Assembly (NCBI GenBank): GCA_038496445.1
Contig: JALMLS010000540.1
Location: 62,001-126,000 of the forward strand
DNA length: 64,000 bases
Source: Trichosphaerium sp. ATCC 40318
Lineage: Eukaryota > Protista > Tubulinea
Reading direction: 5' to 3'
Part shown: piece by piece, positions 26,835 to 40,900 of the stretch
How positions within the stretch are numbered: position 1 is the stretch's first letter
Layout: every line of letters begins with the position of its first letter
The notes under the pieces: generated by a model
What the model saw: the letters and a program-made list of their open reading frames with translations, nothing else
Told to the model about the DNA's origin: nothing
The model's database searches: none
Made by a program: the position numbers and the translations under genes

Positions 26835-27137
26835 CTGTTGATATCTCGGAATCTGAGCGGGTCAACAAACTCTTTTGCACAATGAAAGGAGACGTGTAAA
26901 ATAAACTTGTTGCCTAGACTATTTGTATAGTGTATCCCTTTTGCATCAGTATAGTGAGGAACCTATTCGTAACATTCTCAAGAACGTTATATATTGTGCG
27001 CTTGATTACTACGCCAACGATACTTTCAAGTGAAATATGACGGTGTGGGGATGGTAAGGCAAACTTTGGAGGACCAACATTATTTATTGCTATTAGAAAT
27101 TGTTTTTATATTACCCCAGACAGCATGTGGCGTATCT

Positions 27138-29401
27138 TTAAGCGAAATCATAGTCTTCTTTCTTTGGATACATTGCACGCCAATAGTACTCAGATACAGA
27201 GTAAGGAGCATTATTGCGAACTTTGCCAGTGTTCTCTGCACGATACCTAAAAATAGAACTTGTAAGTCACGTGATAGATGAAGTATGAATCTTATTGTAC
27301 CAGCTGTTACAGTCAGAAGCGAAAACTGTACGCTCCATTCTCGTATCGATCATTTTCTTGTAGTTTTCCATGACTGATGATTTTATGTCTGCTGTTTTGT
27401 AATCATTGACGATCATCATGTCAACGAGTTTTGAGATATAATTCGCTTGGATCTCAACCATTGTAAGTATGGATGAGTGACCCAAGTTCGTGTGAGGGCC
27501 ATACGTAATATAAAAGTTTGGGAAGTCCGGGACAGACATACCTTGAAGAACACGTGAGGTCAAAAAAAAAATTCGAAAAAAACTGCGATGCGTACCCAAG
27601 TATGCGTATGCAATATCCTCGTTCCACATATCATGGAGGCTTTTAGAATCTTTACCTTTAACATCTACAGTTTCCAAAAACTTATGTGAGTTGAACCCAG
27701 TAGCAAATACAATGGCATCAACATCCAACTCTTTTCCAGATTTTGATATTATCCCTTTTTCTGTAACCTCAACTGCTCTTTCCGGAATTAGCTCAACATT
27801 TGATCTTTGAAGAGTTGGCAAGTAATCAGACGTAAGAAGCACCTAACAAGAATTAAACAAGATGAGAAGCTTAACATTAACGGCATCAGTACTCGTCTAC
27901 AACCAATCTTATAATCCGGTAATGTATGTTTTTCGAGCTCCTTTGGGATGTCAGGTTTCATTTCTTTTACGACTTGGCTTTCAAATATCTTGTTTATAGA
28001 GTCGTAAACAAAAGCAGGCCATCTTGCTTCAGTTTCTAAGTATAACAGCCAACGATAAATAGGCATGATAAACGGAATATTGAATAAAGCGTTAATGTTA
28101 TACTTTGGGTTCGGCCTTAAACATAACATTCAGTGAAACGTGGAGAAGAAAAAACGGAGAATAAATGTTTTTGTTGAGGTTTTACCTTGGTACTGTGAAA
28201 CTTGGTGTACTTTGGAATATGTAAAGCTGCTCTACTTCTTTAGCTATCTCTGGAATGACTTGGATTGCACTTGCTCCATTTCCAACAACTGCAACGGTCT
28301 TGTCTTTCAAATCAAAACTATGGTTCCATCTTGCTGTGTGCCAACTTTTACCGCTGAATTCATCAATGCCTGGAATAGATGGCATCTTTGGTACATCAAG
28401 TTGACCAACTGAACATACGACAACATTTTCCGTGGCTACCGCCTAAAATCGACTGTAAAACCAACAGGAAGATGCTGAAAAAAAAAACAAAAAAACCTCA
28501 TACTCCATGCTCGAAATGAAGATTCCACTGCTTCGTCTTATCACACCACTCCATTTTTTCAACCTGGGACAGGGTCAATTATAAACATTGCAACCATTCT
28601 ATAAAGACGAAGGAAAAGGTTACATCAAGGCTTGGTTTCTAGTAAATAGCTCTTTCGATTGTGCAAAAAAAACCACTATGTTTTACTATTGAGGCGCTTT
28701 AGTACCACAATAGTCACGTGGTGTGATTTGTTTCACAAAAAACATAAAGAAAGATAAAAAGTATGTGGTAGGTTGTATTTACCTTGTGATTTAGTTTTGC
28801 ATGCTCTGCTATGCCATACTTGTTAGCTACATCTTTAAGGTACGCCAAAATCTACAAATAAGTCTTGTTAGATACATTTTGGGTTTTAACATCGTAAATA
28901 TTATAAAACTATAGTTGAACGCAAGAAGAGCGATGTACATCGGTACCGCCGTCGCAATCACGTGATTTCAGAAAAATATGGTAAACAAATAAACTTTTTA
29001 CAGATTTTACAGTTTCCAGGTTAACGAACTTACCTCTTGTTGTGGTGAGTACCTTCTAGACCACGACAAGTTAGGCGAGAATGAGTAAGAGTACAAGTAA
29101 GATTTAACATCACAAGCACAACCGGGGTAAGTATTTTTATACCATGTCCCACCCAAAGAGTCCGCTTTTTCGTAAATAGTAAAGGGAATACCTTGATACA
29201 GAATGAGTTTTGATCTTATTTGTGGAAAGTTTTAAACGTACCTCGTAATTTGAGTTTAATCGCCATACAAACGCCTGAAAACCCGCCACCTATGATACCG
29301 ACGCTTATAGGGCATTTTTGAGGGTTATGAACTCGGTGTCTTCTTGTTAGTAAGTAAAGTAACCCTATGACTACTACAGCTGTAAGAATAGTCCAGAGCA
29401 T
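27138..29401 (-). CDS. Baeyer-Villiger/flavin-containing monooxygenase with N-terminal membrane anchor; multi-exon
   Basis: IIGGGFSG (FAD), [26 protein letters not shown] (BVMO fingerprint FxGxxxHxxxW), VGNGASAIQ (NADPH), ATGF. Confidence 0.93.
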
Positions 29402-29625
29402 TGAGTGTTAGGTGGTGTAACCGCGTTCAGACAATAAGAGGCTAAATTGGTTGACAATTTATTCCAAAAAAGAACTCAGAGTTATGCAATAAAAAATTCA
29501 GGCTTCTTGATCAAGAAAATGTATTCGAAGTTGTATCGACGACTTGTGTTAGACGTGTATCTTTTTAAGCTCGTTTTATTACTAACTTTAAGGTTCAGAT
29601 ATTGTTCTTGACTATGTGAGTACAT

Positions 29626-32600
29626 TCATACTTGGCAGGTAGCAGGGAAGTTTCTATTAAAAAAAAAGTCAGATACAAGATTAATGAGTGTTGACTGTTT
29701 TTGGTTTCAAACGTACTTGTTATGGTTGCAAACAAACTCATTTTCTTCGTTTCTAGTCTCTACTCTGAAAGCAATGCGTACATTTGGTACATTAGTTTTT
29801 GTAGGATCTAAAAAGACAAGTAAGCCAAAAAACGATACTGGTCAAAAAAACATAAAAATTATTATCGCAAGTTTTGTTTTCCTTACCGTTTCCTTCTATT
29901 CCTGTAAGATTATGGTTTTTGCCATACCAAGATATACGTGTTCCATCATCAAATCCAGAAACAAGAACTGAATTACGGGCAACCTCACATAGATCAGTAT
30001 TGGACAACTTCCACATCTAGAAAAAAAGGTCATTAGCAACACGAAATAAAGATGTCTGGCAGAGTTCAGTTTTTACGTACTTGAGCGGCAATAGCATATT
30101 CTTCAGAGATAGGATCAGCAGTAATATGGAGCTGTAGTGGTTTATCAGTACTCAAGCACACTTTCAATCCACGTTGGAAGAAAGCATAGAATGGATTATC
30201 TACGAGAAAAAATAAGTACATGTTTTTTGTTTAACTCGTTTTAAACTTACCCTTGTACGGTAACACCATAGCATTAGCACTTAGTGGAGCCATTGAAAGA
30301 CCAACACCATCTAGAAGGAATAGATACTGTGTTACATGATGATAACGTAATTGAAGACCCTAAAAAAATGAGCCAAAGAACAACGCATTAAAAGTACAAA
30401 TAGTCAAGCTTTAATGCGTACTTGATAGATTGAGTGGCACATCAAATATGACGCATCAATTTCTTTGAATGATGCACGGAGGTGACCAGCGAAGGTACGG
30501 AGTTGGAAAGTATCTTACAACGGTTAAGAATAAAAATGATTTTGAAAAAATAAAAATAATCATATAAGAGGATACTAGCGCCAACTGCTTGTCTGAAGTG
30601 ATTCAAAGTATAAATATTCGCCCAAAGGAAGTATAGCATATAATGGAATGGAGGTTGATGCTTTGAAGTCCAAAATCGAGGTCTTTGAAGTCCAAGAAGA
30701 TTAAAGAAAACAATTGGAAGAAAAAGTAGAAAAAACAAAATAAAAAATGATACGGATGAATATGAGGTTTTGTGTCTCTTGGAATCGTCACACGAAGAGC
30801 AGATACATGAGTAAGAAACTCAGAAAGATGTGGATAAGCTTTAGGGTCTATTCAAAGAGGTCAGAAAGAAGAATTTTGGGTAGTGCCGAAACCAGTACCT
30901 TTTGTGACATTGAACAAAGTCTCAAACAAATTAGTCAAAAGATCATTCAAGTTTTCTATCTCTCCCTTTCTCCTGAATAAAGCATATTCAACTTGAACAT
31001 CAAGCACAAAACGTGTTTGTGCGTATTTATGAAGTCCATTTGATACAATAAAGCGTGCAAGTTCAGCTAATTCAGTAACACTCCTATATCAAAAAACGTG
31101 AGTTTTTGATGTTTCTCTACTCAGAGTTAGGCGTACCTTCCATATATAGGGACGTGGAACTCATATTGGTGTGATTTGTTCTCCGTACGCTTTTCGAATA
31201 CTTCTCGGAGGAGTTCAGCATAATATTTGCCTACCATAATTTGTTATTTTTTGTTTACTTTGGGGAAAAGTAGCACCTTGAATGTCATTGTTGTACTGCA
31301 AAAACACTGTTTGAAGCTCTGAATTTCCTAGAGGGTTATATTTGGCGTTAAAAGCATCTAATCTGAATCTAGTATCCTCAGCAGGTGCCTAACAAAGAAA
31401 GATATCAATAACAACATCAACAAAAAGTTAAAGAAAGGTTGAACAAGAAAACACCCAGTACCTGAACGTCTAGGCTATCAAGTGTCAAGTACTCAATTGG
31501 AAGATTCAAGGTACTATATAATTCACCTAATGTCACACCCTTTCCGCCTTCTTGCTGGATAACAATGTCATCAGAATTATTTCGCACTTTTTTCTTAATA
31601 AAATCAAGCAAGTGCGTTGCTCCCATTGACGACTTTAAGTCGCAGCACGTATCAACTTTAATAACTTCATAGTAATCTGACATAACAGCATTCTAAATAA
31701 ACAATAGCGTTAATGGCCACAAAAGAGAAGATTTAAAGAGGAAAAAGAAATTAAGCCAAAAACAAACAGAAGTTATACTACCTTGCAGGCTTCTTTTTCT
31801 CTTTTGTCGTTTAATATTTGATGCACATTGTACTTCGATGCACAAAAGTGTAGCCTAGATCTTGCAGAGGTGCGGTTGGCCGCATCATTTGTAATTTTGG
31901 TAAGACTATAGCGAAACACGTGAGTTTCACGTGATAACTTGTTGATAAAAAAATTGTTTAACTTACACTTCAAAGTCATGCAAGTACTCTGGAAGTTCAG
32001 GGATAGGTGATATTGGCTCACATGCTAAGAAATACGATTAGATGGAAAAGGATTATCACTAACAGAATACATACCCATAAATTGCTTGCCATCAATCTCT
32101 CTACCCTCGTAAACACGATAAATACCTTTTCGCATAATAATATGCCACTGTGGGAAGTAGGATTAGTATAAGATAATGCCTTGGGTTTTTTTTTAAGCTA
32201 CCTTGTCATCAAGCGAGTTCTTTGTTACATTTGATTCGTCAGGGACGAATACGTATTTCTTACGTAAGGCACGTGCTACTGCAACGCCTTGGCACATCTT
32301 CAATGTCTCATCACTTGGTGTTGTCACTGAAGGAAAAGAAAACAACAGGTTACAACCACGATCAACAGAACAAAAAAACGAAAGAAATTAAAACGTTCAG
32401 TTTACCTCCAGACTTAATTTGAAGTCTTGTATACTCAGCTGAAAGAGACAGAGCTTCTGAACTTTTAAAAGGCCTGATAATAGCTTTCTGCGAAGGTGTT
32501 ATAGCAGTTTTAGGTCTATTAGTTGCCTTGACGCAATGGTTGAGGAACAATAGCTCCCCTTGCATTGTCTCCTGACGATAATAAATACGAATATCCGGTA

Positions 32601-35527
32601 CATTCGTAAACTTGATATCTAAGCACAGAAGTGAGTCAAACAATACAAACACAAAAGCACTGTGGAAAACTTGAAGAAGAAAATGAACAAAAATCATGTC
32701 CACACTGGTGAGGTTGCTCCTGTTTTCGTTCGGAACTCCATTAGGTTTATACTTACTGTTTCCATTAGCTCCTGGCTCCTCGTAGTGTTTTCCCAACCAT
32801 TTTTCTTTAATACCATGTTCAAAACCTAGGAGAAGCTTAGCAAGAGCATGAATAGATGGCCGAGGTAGTTACCTGATTGCAATACACTATTGCGTGCAAT
32901 CTCACTCAAATCAATATTGTTGAATCCCCAACGCTGTTACATGAGTAAGGTACACTGTTTATGATACGTATAAGTACCTGTGATGCTATTGCATACTCTT
33001 CAATGAGAGGGTCTTCAGTGTAATGAAACTGTAAAGGATCATCTGTTGATAACGAAACGTTCAAACCACGTTGAAAGAATACAGGGAATGGGTTTCTCTT
33101 GTAATCCAAGAAAAGAGAATTATTAGATAATGGAGATACTGCTAAACCAATTTGGGCAAGATAATACCTTAGAGGAGTCAGAATAATTGGGGAACAGTTG
33201 AGAAAAGTTGAAAGATTAAGCGTACAAGTATTGTAAACTTGTTGATTTAGTCAAGTTGATGCCGTGGTTGATATGCTTTGATGTTAGGAATGCTGAAGCC
33301 AAATGATCGACATCTCCGCTTTCACCACAGTGAGGTCTCAAGTCAAAGGTTTCTAGAGTAGTTAAGGCAACACAAAAAACTGATATTCCGAAAAAAAATG
33401 GTTCAAAATGTGGATACTAAAGCCTCTGGACTTTCTCAACTGATTCAGCGAACATATATTTGCCCACATGTAGTACCTTCAACTCTGTCAGAAAATGTGT
33501 AATTACAACGATACGTACATGTAGTAAGCATAAGGAGGGTTCTTCTCTGAAGTCCAATCAGCTGGTTTTATATTGAGAATACTAGAAAAAATTAATTGGA
33601 AACAATTACTATTTATGTTTCGCGTACGCTTTAGTAAATTTAGGCTCAGCACGGCTTTCATCATCAACGCTATCAAATCCACTGACTTGATTCAAGAATT
33701 CATGTATTTCAGGGTGACTTGAAGGGTCCAAAGTCGCTTCAAATAGCGGTAGAAAGATATCTTAAATGTTAATGAAAAATCTTGTTTGCGAAAACAAAAC
33801 AAAACGAAAAAACCGTTTGGATACTGTCTAACATCTCTTGAAATGATTTGATGTATCCGTGATGTTTAAAAACTGGATAAACACGAGGTACTTGAATAAG
33901 CCACCTTTGATTGCTCGAGTATATTTTATAGGTAGACATCCATTTTGCCAATGAACTCCAATCTGTTTTTTTACGGCCATAAATAGAAATACGGAACTCA
34001 GCCGCTTGTGTGCCAGAAAGGTCAATTTTTCTCAAGAGCTCATTGGTCAACTCAGCGTAATATCTTCCTTTAATATAATTTTCTGATTTTAAGAATACTT
34101 CGCGAAGTTGAGAGATACCTACAATTAAACTTAGACAAAGCAAAAAAAATTATAATTAGGTAGATTTGTTCAAGAAAAATTTTTTGAGACTCGCGATGGT
34201 CACGTGATTATTCTTTGATGCTACATACCGAAAGGATTATATTTCATGTTAAAATTATCAAACCTTTGGAAAGTATTATCTGCCTTGATAAACATGTGAG
34301 CGAGGAACAAACATAAAACACAAATCGATAAAAATGTCACACCCTAGTATCCAAGTTTTTTACAGAAAACTGACTCATGGTGATACCATGCTTACTAATT
34401 ACTTCTGATAATTTTTCTGGTTTATCATCACTACTGCTTACAATATCCTGTATAAAATTAGTTGTCGAAGGATCGTACAGCCAAAAAAAAAAATCAGTAA
34501 TAAAACGCACATCGGGAAAATCTCTAACTTTCGCCTTAATAAACCTCAACAAATGACGGGACGTCATTGCAGCTGATAGGTGAATATGAGTGTCTACTTT
34601 AGTGACATTATTAAAGTCTCTAGGATCATACTAGAACAACATTGTGAGTCCTTTTTAACTACAAAAAGAAAACAAGAAAACGTCAAAAAAAAATACATAC
34701 TTGAGTTGCTGCTACTTCACGCGCAGAGTTGAGCTCGCTGTGTATCTTATATTTTTCTTCCAGCAGCTTCAGACGCCTATACGTTGTAGTCTTAACACTA
34801 CCAGTCAATGCAGTGCCCAAAACTCTAAAGAACAAAAAAGTTAGCGCCTGAAAATTGTTTTAACCTTTAACCGTCATACTTTTGATAGTCCTCGAAGTAC
34901 TGTTCGACTGATATTATCTTGGTTTGCGCTGTGATCAAATGTCAAAGTCTTCAAATTCAAAAATGTTTTTCTGTTTACGTACGTTTGCCATCAACCGCAT
35001 GAACAATGTATATACCATCAATACACTTGATCGTGAGCTACAATGCGTTAAAACGAAAGTTGACCTACAAAATCGTGTAATGCCGTTATAAAGTGATCAC
35101 CAACTGTGGTGAACGACAATATACGCCTGGGCGGTCGCTTGTGAATGTCCTTACCTTAGTAGGGCCTGGTGGAGTAGGATCTGTAGGTAAACTCCAAAAT
35201 GTGTTGCGAGAGCTGACGGCTTCATATTTATCGCGTAATTTGAGCGCTTCTAAAATTAAAGTACATGCTTCTTTTTTTTCCGCAGAGACGTTGTTATCTG
35301 TACAACAGAACGCGTGAGAAACTATGAAAGACTATTTTCGTACCAACTGCTTGAACATCTATTCGCGGATACGTTTGAAAGCACTCTTCCTTACTATAAG
35401 TGCGTGCGGTGGTACTGCTGCGCCACCAAGTTCTTCTAGCGCTTGCTTCAGGGTTTTTGTTGTGTCTGCCCAGTGAGGGCGTACCAGGATCTTCAAAATC
35501 CATAGACAACTCAGGTACAGTTGTCAT
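29626..35527 (-). CDS. AMPD: AMP deaminase with two tandem AMPD domains (first catalytic, second degenerate); multi-exon, both ends approximate
   Basis: Domain 1 has [19 protein letters not shown] and LSTDDP. Domain 2 has KVDTCCD, RTFAGH, IYQG and LSTDKP. The exon at about 32406-32618 reads from the end of domain 1 into the start of domain 2 without a stop. Confidence 0.88.
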
Positions 35528-35901
35528 AGTGAACCGAGACGGGTTTTTATCTGCTAAGGCAGATTTTGCGTAACGTCTTGATTTACAGACTTATCACTGA
35601 ACTGTTTACAGCAATTGTTTAGAAGAACTTAGGAACAATAACCAGCGTTGACGAATCTGGCTAGACAGCCACCTAGTGAATATCTGTTCAGGAATCACAC
35701 TGTCGAAGTGCTTAATATTTAGCATCAACACCAAAAGGGCATAATCTGGGCTTGCTTTCTAGCATATCTTTTCTGTCTTGCCTAAGATGACGGGTTTTTC
35801 TTGAGGATCAAATTATTTATAACTTTTTCGAAAACGTGATTTCTAACTTGACTATATTTCTAACAATTTGGAGTTGACTGTTGTTTACTGTATGTCACCT
35901 T

Positions 35902-37593
35902 TCACATACTTTTATCATCTTGAAATCTAGCTCTTGGAGAATGTCTACAAAGATAACTCAGTACGAAGATAAATAAGAAGGGTACTTACGTAGTCTTCCT
36001 TCGATTCTTGTAGCTGCTATCACTTTTTCTCTTTTTCAATCGTCTTGATGCCTTTAAAGATTGACCTGTACTCTTTTTAATACGAGGCGCTTTAAAGTTG
36101 TAACTCTCGAATATTCGAAGAATCTTTGAGTTTCGTTTATCAATAGCAATAGAGAAAGGAGTATCACCTATAAAATAAAAAAGAAAGTCAGAAGTTTTGT
36201 AGATTCACAACATTCTGTAGCTACTGACCCCATTTGTTTTTAACATTTCCATTAGCCTTGTAACCTAGTAGAAACTCAACCACTTCTTCATTCTCGTAGT
36301 GAGCAGCAATATGAAGTGGTGTTGATCCCTAAGTATTTAGTATGAGATTTTACAGTGGTAAAAAATGTTCGAATGCTTACTTGAGGGTTTTTATAGTGGA
36401 CACATTGAGGGTTACTTTTAACAATCTTGTATAACAATGTACACTTAGTCGGTGCTTTTATAACAACATACGATGTTGCAATAAATATCTCAGGCCAGCC
36501 CTATAACTTGTAAGAATACATAAAGATTTGAATGTGTCAACTTCTTATACCTTGTTAATACGTTCCAACTTATACGTTGCCTCATCGTAACCAACCTCCT
36601 TTACCCATTCTGGAATTTCTAGGTTTTCGGCAGTTGCTTTAGGTGGTTCTGCCAGGACATCTTCATCTGATAAACTTATGCTCACATCATCTCCGTCATC
36701 ATCGCTTTGCACTTAGGAAAATTTTAATTGTTTGCTCCTCAGTTTTCCAAAATACGTACTTGCTGAACGTTTGCGAGTGACATTAACTTGTTTCGTATTT
36801 ATTGATGAGGCAGTTAGAGACTTTGAAGCTCTAAGTTGCGTTCTTCTATCTAGTAATCAAAAAGTTAGCCAACACGTTACTGCGATCTTTTTTTTTTACC
36901 TCTAACAATAGATATTGTGAATGGGTACCCTTTTGCAGCGATACCGCTGACAATGATACATATATGATACTTTCCTGTCGTAGAAGCTTTCCTATTGATG
37001 ATATTAACGCCTCCTACCAAGCCACAGCCCAAACACCCAAATCGTACCATGTAGCAACAAATTTACCATCCTCTTCTTTTTTCAAGTCTACAGTTACTGG
37101 CTCCGGACCGCGGACCATAAAGATAACATCTACCATAAACACATCTACAACATTATTTCCATTTTTATCTTTTGGTTGTATTACAACGTTCATGTCTTTA
37201 TTCGGAAGGTACAGACCTTTCTCTAGACCTTGTACTGTACCTGTTTAAAAAGGTCAAAAGAGCCAACAAAAAAGAAAAATTATCACGTGGGAAGGTGTTC
37301 GTACTGTACAGGTGTTTTGGCTTCGTAAACCTTACACGTTTAACCCCAAGTTCTCCTAATGTCTTTTTGTCGTCTAATACATTGCCATCCTTGTCAGTAG
37401 CTTCGAAAGCGTTGTAATCTATTCCTCTCTTGCGGCATTTAACTTTTAGGACACGTCTGAGTGTTTGCTTTGGTTTGAACCGTAACCGCGACACGTGTCC
37501 GTCAGGAAGGCGTAAAATCAAGTCTAGTATATGTGTGCATAAGTACAAGGCAAGTACATAAAATAAAAATGTACCTGAAGAGCTGGAATCCAT
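35902..37593 (-). CDS. Raf-type Ras-binding (ubiquitin-fold) domain, filamin/ABP280 Ig repeat and ankyrin repeats; a separate gene or the 5' part of the AMPD gene
   Basis: LRLPDGHVSRLRFKPKQTLRRVL (RBD-like); GLEKG...VRGPEPVTV...DGKFVATW.ASTTGKYHICIIVSG...GYPFTISI (filamin); GSTPLHIAAHYENEEVVEFLLGYKAN and GDTPFSIA (ankyrin). Confidence 0.78.
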
Positions 37594-37970
37594 TAAAGTG
37601 GTTTATTATTTTATGTATGAAGACCACAAGCGACTAACTCTGTGCTAACAGTTAGTGTAAGTGACGTGAAAAACTATTTTGAACGTACAACGAGTTATTT
37701 TGAAGTCTTGTTCGTCGTTGTACGTTTAGTATCATTCCAAAAGGAGAAACATTCTTCTTTGACGTGTTCTGCGCGACCATCTGCGTTACAAGTTGGTGAT
37801 AAGATCATTTGTCTTCATTTGACCTGAACGAGCGGCTTCGATAGCTATTTGTTGTTTTACGCTCGCATAGTACCCACAAGCCGAAACGCAGAAAAGTGAG
37901 AATAAGTAACTTAACTTTTCTGTAATTCTGCCCATTCTGAATTAAGTAAAAGTCTGTGGCATCTGTATGA
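37594..37970. promoter_or_regulatory. probable bidirectional promoter between the RBD-filamin-ankyrin gene and the JmjC gene
   Basis: Head-to-head ATGs about 380 bp apart (positional inference only). Confidence 0.45.
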
Positions 37971-40900
37971 ATGGAAGAAATAACGCCCCAAGCAGACGAG
38001 GAACCACATTCGAGCAGCTCCATAGAAATTGACTTGGATGGCGACGAAACACCTGAAGATGTTATAAACAGTACAGAAAACGCAATACCAGATGTAACCT
38101 CAGATAATGTCGTTAAAACTACACTAAATGGCGACTCAGTGCCTTTAAATGATCAAACAGGCGCCCCCACGCTTGACAACCTCACTGAGGCGCAGATAGG
38201 TACCGGTTTTGTGCAATTATTCCACTGTGCGTTTTAACTAATTTCGTAGACGCGTTGGTTGACGACCCTAACTCACCGTTTGGATGGGCTAAGAGTATTG
38301 AATATAAAGACATGAATGACGAACATTGGCAGAGTGTTATTAAAGGCGAACCGCTCGTGGTACGTTATAATATCGCATCTTATTACGCTGCGAACGTTTT
38401 CGTTCGCTATTAAACTAGAAAAAAACAAATTAACGTTTTATCAGCTCCGCAACACCACAAAAGAGTGGGACGAAGCAAACGCGAACGGACTATTCAGCTT
38501 AGACTTCCTAGCGACGAAGTACGGCGATCATGTCATGGATGGTCCTAGAAACGTCGATACTACAAATAACGTACGGGATGAATGGACGTTGAAGAGGTAT
38601 ATTGATTACATGTCAAAGTACGTTTGTAAACGAAATGGTAAACAAGATATCAGCATTTACCGTTTTTCTCCTTCTAGCGAAAATAAAAAAAGAAATCTTT
38701 ATGGAAAAGACATTGAGTGTCCTGATGAGTGGAAAGAATATGTAAATGATAAGCTAGATGACTTTTTCTGTTATCAGAAGGACGATTTGGTTGCAGACTT
38801 GCCAAAGCACGTTTTTTTTTTTTTCGGTTATTTTTTGTGCAAAGATTTCAATTTTACAGCCACCAAATACGTTTTATTGTATTGGCTTGGTTCTACATGA
38901 TGTCTACATATATTATATAAACCCATGGGGTTGCTTTTGATGTTTTTAATTTGACTTGTGATGAGTGGTTTGTTAATTTCTAATTTTTTTAATTAGAGAT
39001 TTGAAGCCAATCACGTTAATGATTTATGTTGGTTATCATGGTAACCGCACACCTGCTCATCGAGATATTTGTGGTAGTTTAGGCCACAATGTCATGGTTT
39101 CTTGTGACGAAGGTGCATTCGCATACTGGTTTTTAGTCAAGGTACAACTTCAATTTATTTTTCCGTAGTTTTTACCTCCTATTCAATGAACTTATCAGTC
39201 GCTTCTTTTTTTTTCTCATTTTTACCTAATGACAATGTAGATGGAGCACGAAGAAGAGTGTGATGCGTACGTCAATGCACAAGTTGATTCATTTTGTTTT
39301 GAATTCAAAAAAAGATTTATTGTTACCTTACGCCGCTTTCTAGCTTCTGGGAGTCGCACAAGTGTCACATCGACCACGACAATGTATGGTTACCTATCCA
39401 AACCCTCAGGGAGGCTAAATTCCCAATTCAAGTCGTCAAACAGAAACTGGGTATGTCTAGGAATACAAAACCTTCATTTCTTTCTTGTTCTGTTTTTTCA
39501 TGCGCTGTACTCCGAGCTAACCCTTCTAATTGTAAAGGTGATTTTGTCTTGGTACCACCTGAAGTAGCTCATCAGGTTTCGAACTTCGGTGGACGCTCTG
39601 TAAAAGGTGACAACTTGAGATAGTCTTTTTTACCCTAGTTTTCTTTATTTTTCTGAATCTCACTGTTTGTTAGTCGCGTGGAACCGCGTTACACCTGATA
39701 CTATACCTATATCTTATAATAGGGCACTGCCTAAGCATAGAAGATACTGTAAACCTGAAGTATACCGTATTAAGGTAAAAATCACTTTCAAATTTATCCT
39801 GTTTTTTTCCGTGTTTCTTATCTCACACTCCTAGTGCATGTGCTTTTATGGATTAAAGGAACGTATTAGAAGAGCACAAGATGTATCAGTAAAGCCAACA
39901 CTTCGTCTCGTCAAAGAATTTGATACGCTAATAGAAATAGTACGTTAACTTTTGCTTTCTCTTATTTCTGAAAGCATTCTTCTTTCTTTCATAACTGACA
40001 AATTACGGTTGGATACCCGCGTCTTACCTTTTTTAATTTCATAGGCTCAGTCAATATTATGGGAGGATCAAATTGATTTAGGGATATATAAACGTTATGA
40101 AGTCGGGGAGATGGATCAATATATTCCAAACCCAAAAAAATTTAAAGATGACGATGTATCTATGAGAAGATGTAACTTTTGCTCTTGTGATATATGGAAC
40201 AGGTAAAACCTATATCCGTAGTTATTAGATGCAGCACAAGCATACATTTCATGACAACTCAAAGACAAAAAGTGGTAAATACTAAATTTTTTTTCGCTGT
40301 TAGGTGCTTTCATTGTGATACATGCTCTGGAGGTGATTTTGACTTATGTATGCATTGTTACGCATATGGAAGGCGCTGTCAGCATGAAATGGAACTATAT
40401 GAATATTTTAGTATGCAAGAGTGTCAAAAATGGATTGATGAAGGTATAGAAGCACGTGCGATATTAATGAAAGATTTGGTAAAATCAGGAGCGAACCTAC
40501 CTTCCGACATTACTGCACCTCGCCCGCCATACCATAACACGGAACTGTACTCTTCGGCATCTGTTGCTTGGGCAAGAAATGTTCTTTTACAGGCACATAC
40601 TACCTCTTGTTGAGCATTTGCCTCAGTTATTAACCATGCGTAGGTAGGACATGATCGCCAAGAGCATGGCAAAATAACATGTCACCAATGTAAGAGGTCT
40701 AGAATGCTAGCTGATCTCGTGTGGTGTATGAAGGTTAGAAGCTTTTCTTTCTTGTTTTTATTGCTTTTCACGGACAACATGGACAAAAGAATACTCCTAT
40801 GCTGCTCATCAACGTAGCATATTCAATAGTAATGGAAGCACATTGACATTACATTGAATTTTTTTTTTTCAATGTCGGTTTACTATGTTCCTTCTTTGTT

